DNA of 2,811 nt from a virus. Taxonomy: Duplodnaviria; Heunggongvirae; Uroviricota; Caudoviricetes. Positions 1 to 2,811 of this stretch are shown here, one piece after another. Position numbers and translations under genes: made by a program. Every line of letters begins with the position of its first letter. Position 1 is the first letter of the stretch. The notes beneath the pieces are model-generated. The model made no database searches and was not told the DNA's origin. It was given only the letters and a program-made list of their open reading frames with translations. Location of the stretch: positions 1-2,811 of the IMG/VR virus record IMGVR_UViG_2802429235_000006; one strand, given 5' to 3'.

Positions 1-162
1 GTGATTGATGGACAGGACGGGACACCGTTCATGCTGTCGCAGTCTCCGGTAGGGACACTGGCGGCAGACAAGTTACGCCTGACCGATATCACCAGTAATG
101 CAACGTATCCGGTACTGATTGGCAGCATTATGGTGGAAGTGAATAACCCGTCAGCAGGATAA
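1..162 (+). CDS. 3' end (last 53 codons) of an upstream gene truncated by the window edge; product not identifiable from this fragment
   Basis: Frame +1 is the only + frame open across 1-159 (the other two + frames hit stops within the first 7 nt) and ends at TAA 160-162. The peptide ...VIDGQDGTPFMLSQSPVGTLAADKLRLTDITSNATYPVLIGSIMVEVNNPSAG has ordinary globular composition. No start codon in window. Confidence 0.45.
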   Translation: MIDGQDGTPFMLSQSPVGTLAADKLRLTDITSNATYPVLIGSIMVEVNNPSAG

Positions 163-297
163 AAAAATGCCGCCGGGAAAGGGAAAACAAGGAAACCGGC
201 GGCAGAGGTCGTTATGTCCAAAGCAAAAAATGCAGGACGCTTTTTTAACCAACAGGTATTAACGATGTCAACACCATATCAATAATTGGGAGGGATA

Positions 298-474
298 ATG
301 ATATTTTTACAGCTTATTTTATTGTATTTCTGCACGGTGGTATGTGTCTTATATCTGGTGAGTGGCGGTTATAAAATCATCCGTAACTACATCCGTAAAA
401 AAATTGATGCCATGGCGGCTGAAAAAATCAGCGCCAGTCAGTCAGCTGAGCCAAAAGCTCCCCCCCTCCCGTAA
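298..474 (+). CDS. small (58 aa) single-pass membrane protein, function unknown
   Basis: ATG 298 preceded by GGAGG (289-293, 4-nt spacer); the ORF track's TTG 286 start is less likely. N-terminal hydrophobic helix IFLQLILLYFCTVVCVLYLV followed by a basic/charged tail (KIIRNYIRKKIDAMAAEK...PKAPPLP). Stop TAA 472-474. AT-rich (about 32-42% GC) relative to neighbours. No family recognised. Confidence 0.45.
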   Translation: MIFLQLILLYFCTVVCVLYLVSGGYKIIRNYIRKKIDAMAAEKISASQSAEPKAPPLP

Positions 475-499
475 TCACATCTCACAGCGAGAAAATCCC

Positions 500-805
500 A
501 TGACAGAAATGAAAAAACTTGTCACTGCTGATGCAGTGAAGTCTGCGCTGCGCACTGAAGAAGTACGCGGTACGCTGAAAGCATCTATCCGTAAAACGTT
601 TGAGGCTCAGATTGATGCTGATGTGGAAGCGATTCTGGATGAGCTTATCGGACCTGCTGAGGGGGCATCTGCGCCACAGGCAGGGGATGGTGAGAATACA
701 GCAGACTCTCCGGTGGAAAACAGCAGCGAACAACCTGAGGCACAACCCGGTGCTGGAGAACAACCGGCTGATGTACTGCAGCCTGAACCAGCGACCATGC
801 TGTGA
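500..805 (+). CDS. hypothetical acidic protein (101 aa) with helical N-terminal half and Pro/Glu/Ala/Gln-rich low-complexity C-terminal half
   Basis: Open frame 362-805; I place the start at ATG 500 (MTEMKKLV...) because frame-2 translation upstream of 500 is S/Q/P/R-rich and overlaps the better-looking frame of the 298-474 ORF. Weak SD (GAGAAAA). Stop TGA 803-805. Antisense ORFs 482-817, 607-810 and 645-926 are Arg/Cys-rich and look non-coding. ATG 509 or 407 cannot be excluded. Confidence 0.5.
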   Translation: MTEMKKLVTADAVKSALRTEEVRGTLKASIRKTFEAQIDADVEAILDELIGPAEGASAPQAGDGENTADSPVENSSEQPEAQPGAGEQPADVLQPEPATML

Positions 806-820
806 TACATGACGCACAGG

Positions 821-849
821 CCACCAGCATATCGCGGTGGTCTTTTGTT
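821..849 (+). terminator. candidate intrinsic terminator-like hairpin between the acidic ORF and the holin
   Basis: ccacc(a)gc-atatc-gcggtgg: 7-bp GC-rich stem with a 1-nt bulge (821-840), followed by tcttttgtt (841-849). Lies 16 nt after the stop at 803-805 and about 20 nt before the holin SD. Hand-folded, no free-energy calculation. Confidence 0.3.
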
Positions 850-882
850 ATCGTGCGCTTTCGGTGAACGGGAGGCGGGGAT

Positions 883-1098
883 ATGTACCAGATGGAAAAA
901 ATCACAACAGGAGTGTCATACACCACGTCTGCGGTGGGGACGGGATACTGGTTTCTGCAGTTGCTGGACAGGCTATCCCCGTCTCAGTGGGCGGCGATAG
1001 GTGTGCTGGGGAGTCTGCTGTTTGGTTTGCTGACGTACCTGACGAATCTGTATTTCAAAATTAAAGATGATCGTCGTAAGGCGGCGCGTGGAGAGTAG
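883..1098 (+). CDS. S: class II holin (pinholin), phage-21 S-like, 71 aa
   Basis: GGAGG at 871-875, 7 nt before ATG 883; second in-frame ATG at 892 (M1-Y-Q-M4 dual-start arrangement). Product [71 protein letters not shown]. It has a weakly hydrophobic Gly/Ser/Thr-rich TMD1, a hydrophobic TMD2 and a charged C-terminal tail ([13 protein letters not shown]). This closely resembles my recollection of phage 21 S21. Stop TAG 1096-1098. Confidence 0.9.
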   Translation: MYQMEKITTGVSYTTSAVGTGYWFLQLLDRLSPSQWAAIGVLGSLLFGLLTYLTNLYFKIKDDRRKAARGE

Positions 1099-1328
1099 GT
1101 GATGAATAAAAAATACTAACTGGTTGTTAAAGGGATACATGATTGCCTGGATAATGGGGGATTTTCAGGTTGTTGCGGGGATTGAAGCACTGGTCAGTGG
1201 TGCAGAAAAGGAAGCATCGCTGATGAAGCCTCTTCTTTGTGATTCTGATAACCACCATTCAGTAAAGTACATTATGGTTTGTGCCTGTCATGGGAACCAA
1301 GGGAAAAAGGGGTACTACAGGTTTCTGG

Positions 1329-1646
1329 CTATCTGAATTTTAATGATAGATTATTGAAAATTCGCTTTTTTTGCAGGCATGCATAATTCTTATCCCATGG
1401 GCAATCAGGGCGACTGAATTCCTCATTAACCCATTTGTTAATATGGTGTTTCAGATGCTGAAGCATTAATGGTGTTAATGTGGTGATAACGATATCCATC
1501 GTTTCTGTTGACAGTTTGCCGTAAGGCTCTGCGAGAATGGCTCTAGTGGTTTCGCTATTATCCGTGATAAGTCTCCGGAGCTCTGACTTAATATTTTCAT
1601 TCATTACCTGCAAAAACTCCCTGCGTAAATTGTCTTTGTTATTCAT
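1329..1646 (-). CDS. hypothetical protein (105 aa), antisense ORF inserted between holin and endolysin; function unknown
   Basis: Only long ORF in the 675-bp S-R gap. ATG at 1646-1644 (minus strand) with GAGA 8 nt upstream; an in-frame TAA lies immediately 5' of the ATG. No TM segment or signal peptide, charged and helical composition. The ORF and its flanks are AT-rich (about 38% GC over 1321-1740 by hand count). A perfect TATAAT hexamer lies on the minus strand at 1696-1701 in the AT-rich leader. Stop TAG (minus) at 1331-1329. Confidence 0.55.
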   Translation of the reverse strand: MNNKDNLRREFLQVMNENIKSELRRLITDNSETTRAILAEPYGKLSTETMDIVITTLTPLMLQHLKHHINKWVNEEFSRPDCPWDKNYACLQKKRIFNNLSLKFR

Positions 1647-1773
1647 TTATAAAATCTCATTTGTTGTTATCTGATGTGTCCCGGTGAGTATATTGATTAT
1701 ATGTGTTGTGAATGTTGGATTACGCACCAGACATACCATGGAATGAGAAACCGATAAATCCTGATAAATATCC

Positions 1774-2307
1774 ATGAGTGCAAAAATCAAATACGGCCTG
1801 TCGGCTGCCGTTCTGGCGATGATTGCCGCAGGGGCTTCTGCGCCTGAAATTCTCGACCAGTTTCTGGATGAAAAGGAAGGCAACCACATAACAGCATACC
1901 GTGATGGTACGGGTATCTGGACCATCTGCCGTGGTGCCACAATGGTGGACGGTAAGCCTGTCGTTCCTGGCATGAAACTGACGAAGACAAAATGCGAGCA
2001 GGTGAACGCCATCGAGCGCAATAAGGCGCTGGCGTGGGTGGAGGAAAATATCCAGGTATCGCTGACTGAGCCGCAGAAAGCAGGTATCGCGTCGTTCTGT
2101 CCGTACAACATTGGCCCAGGTAAGTGTTTCCCGTCGACGTTTTATAAGCGGCTTAATGCCGGTGATCGTAAAGGTGCCTGCGAGGCGATTCGCTGGTGGA
2201 TTAAGGATGGTGGCAAAGACTGCCGTATTCGCTCAAACAACTGCTACGGTCAGGTATCACGGCGTGACCAGGAAAGCATGCTGACGTGCTGGGGGATAGA
2301 TAATTGA
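1774..2307 (+). CDS. R: SAR endolysin: signal-anchor-release lysozyme (T4-lysozyme-like, GH24 muramidase), phage-21 R-like, 177 aa
   Basis: N-terminus [27 protein letters not shown] has K4/K6 followed by a weakly hydrophobic Ala/Gly/Ser-rich stretch, typical of a SAR domain. E35 (1876-1878), D44 (1903-1905) and T50 (1921-1923) have the 9/6 spacing of the T4 lysozyme E11-D20-T26 triad. No Cys within the SAR segment. Stop TGA 2305-2307. No obvious SD before ATG 1774. Confidence 0.92.
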   Translation: MSAKIKYGLSAAVLAMIAAGASAPEILDQFLDEKEGNHITAYRDGTGIWTICRGATMVDGKPVVPGMKLTKTKCEQVNAIERNKALAWVEENIQVSLTEPQKAGIASFCPYNIGPGKCFPSTFYKRLNAGDRKGACEAIRWWIKDGGKDCRIRSNNCYGQVSRRDQESMLTCWGIDN

Positions 2308-2811
2308 TTAAGCTTGTGGCCATTGTATTGCTGTCAATTGGCTCATTTATTGCCGGAAATGTCTGGTGTGAAAGAGAATGGCAAACGAAATGGGCTGAGC
2401 GGGACAGTGAAGAGTCGTCGCAGATTGTTAATACGCAGATTGCTACCAGGAGGATTGAACAGGGGCGTATTGTTGCCCGTGATGAGGCTGTCAAAGATGC
2501 ACAAGAGAAAGCTGTCAAAGCCAATGCTACTGTTGCTGGTTTATCTGCCACTGTTAGTCAGTTGCGGGAAAAAGCAACAAGGCTTACCAGTCAGACTGGA
2601 ATCGGCAGAGCATACCGCAAATATTGCCGCTACCGTCAGAAGCAAAACAATCGAAAGCAACGTCGCAATGCTCGCCGACATGCCCGGAAGCCTTGCAGAA
2701 GAAGCTGGATATTATGCTAAACGAGCTGACGAAAATTACCGCGCTGGATTGACATGTGAACGCATTTATAATTTAGTCAGAGATTCAAATTATCTGACAG
2801 AGACGTACTAA
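2304..2811 (+). pseudogene. Rz: i-spanin (Rz-type) gene, frame-disrupted as written: N-terminal TMD and first helical region in frame 0 (2304 to about 2573), C-terminal periplasmic region in frame 1 (about 2575-2811)
   Basis: TTG 2304 overlaps the R stop (aTTGA), with GGGGGA 7 nt upstream. Frame 0 gives [21 protein letters not shown] (N-terminal TMD with K3) then a charged helical region ...[29 protein letters not shown]. It then becomes a 41-aa Arg/Lys-rich tail ([41 protein letters not shown]) to TAA 2718-2720, typical of out-of-frame translation. Frame 1 from about 2581 gives a well-formed helical tail (...[46 protein letters not shown], stop 2809-2811) resembling Rz C-termini as I recall them (lambda ...RLADTAERDYFTLRERL...). 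Removing one nt near 2569-2573 yields a continuous 168-aa Rz. Confidence 0.65.
2497..2752 (+). pseudogene. Rz1: o-spanin (Rz1-type) outer-membrane lipoprotein gene embedded in Rz, affected by the same frame shift: signal peptide and lipobox in frame 1, predicted mature region in frame 2
   Basis: ATG 2497 with GAGG 9 nt upstream. Frame 1 gives [23 protein letters not shown]: a basic n-region, hydrophobic h-region and lipobox L-V-S-C (Cys codon 2563-2565). As written, frame 1 runs on through the Rz-like helical tail to 2811 (104 aa). Frame 2 after the Cys region reads ...[59 protein letters not shown] to TGA 2750-2752. This is Pro/Ser/Gln-rich like embedded Rz1 mature domains; with one nt removed the product is 84 aa, fully embedded in Rz. 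Confidence 0.5.

Noticed and set aside
225-246. A6...T6 flanked mini-hairpin (aaaaaa-t-gc-aggac-gc-tttttt) as a possible bidirectional terminator
   Set aside because: Only 2 G-C pairs, the rest A-U with a bulge; too weak to call.
362-805. Long form of the acidic ORF starting at GTG 362 (147 aa)
   Set aside because: Its first 46 codons overlap the 298-474 ORF in another frame and translate to S/Q/P/R-rich sequence typical of an off-frame read; start at ATG 500 preferred, though not proven.
482-926. Minus-strand ORFs 482-817, 607-810 and 645-926
   Set aside because: Antisense to the acidic ORF and holin start region; Arg/Cys/His-rich garbage-like composition; no start signals.
600-1064. Plus-strand alternative-frame ORFs 600-812, 809-1000 and 837-1064
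   Set aside because: Overlap the acidic ORF or the well-supported holin in other frames; composition not protein-like.
1124-1336. Plus-strand ORF (65-70 aa) in the holin-distal part of the S-R gap, with an AGGGA near ATG 1139
   Set aside because: No recognisable features, several Cys/His, overlaps the 3' end of the minus-strand ORF; cannot be supported without conservation data. Could be a small cargo gene, so left as unresolved rather than called.
1647-2551. Minus-strand ORFs 1647-2111, 1787-1990 and 2201-2551
   Set aside because: Antisense shadows of the endolysin and Rz genes, whose plus-strand assignments are strongly supported.
2566-2574. Programmed ribosomal frameshift at G-AAA-AAG as the explanation for the Rz frame change
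   Set aside because: Lys-codon slippery sites of this kind promote -1 shifts, whereas +1 is required here; the heptamer lacks the leading A; and Rz and Rz1 shift together, which fits a DNA-level indel better.
1-2811. CRISPR arrays, tRNA/rRNA genes, IS elements or inverted-repeat termini, tandem repeats
   Set aside because: No direct-repeat/spacer periodicity, no tRNA-like cloverleaf candidates, no terminal inverted repeats or transposase-like ORFs seen by eye.
1-2811. A wholly novel defence or biological system in this window
   Set aside because: Every substantial ORF except the antisense 105-aa ORF and the two small upstream ORFs is explained by a standard pinholin/SAR-endolysin/spanin cassette; the unexplained ORFs have no features I can tie to a known or new system from sequence alone.

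Overview
This 2.8-kb window reads as the lysis cassette of a lambdoid (phage-21 / Stx-phage-like) enterobacterial prophage. On the + strand: the 3' end of an upstream gene (1-162), a small membrane-protein ORF (298-474), an acidic low-complexity ORF (500-805), a class-II pinholin S (883-1098), a SAR lysozyme-type endolysin R (1774-2307) and an embedded Rz/Rz1 spanin pair (2304-2811). Between S and R lies an AT-rich ~675-bp insert (about 38% GC versus 52-60% in flanking genes, hand-counted) carrying a 105-aa ORF on the - strand (1329-1646). The main finding is that both spanin reading frames shift by +1 at the same place (about 2566-2600; candidate A5 run 2569-2573). As written, Rz ends in an Arg-rich nonsense tail and the Rz1 lipoprotein signal is fused in frame to the Rz C-terminal domain. 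This is either a 1-nt insertion (sequencing error or genuine spanin inactivation) or, less likely, a non-canonical spanin arrangement. No rRNA, tRNA, CRISPR array, IS element or tandem repeat was seen. I do not see evidence for a wholly new system; the open questions are the antisense ORF and the spanin frame disruption. All identifications rest on reading the sequence and on recalled family features, not on database searches.
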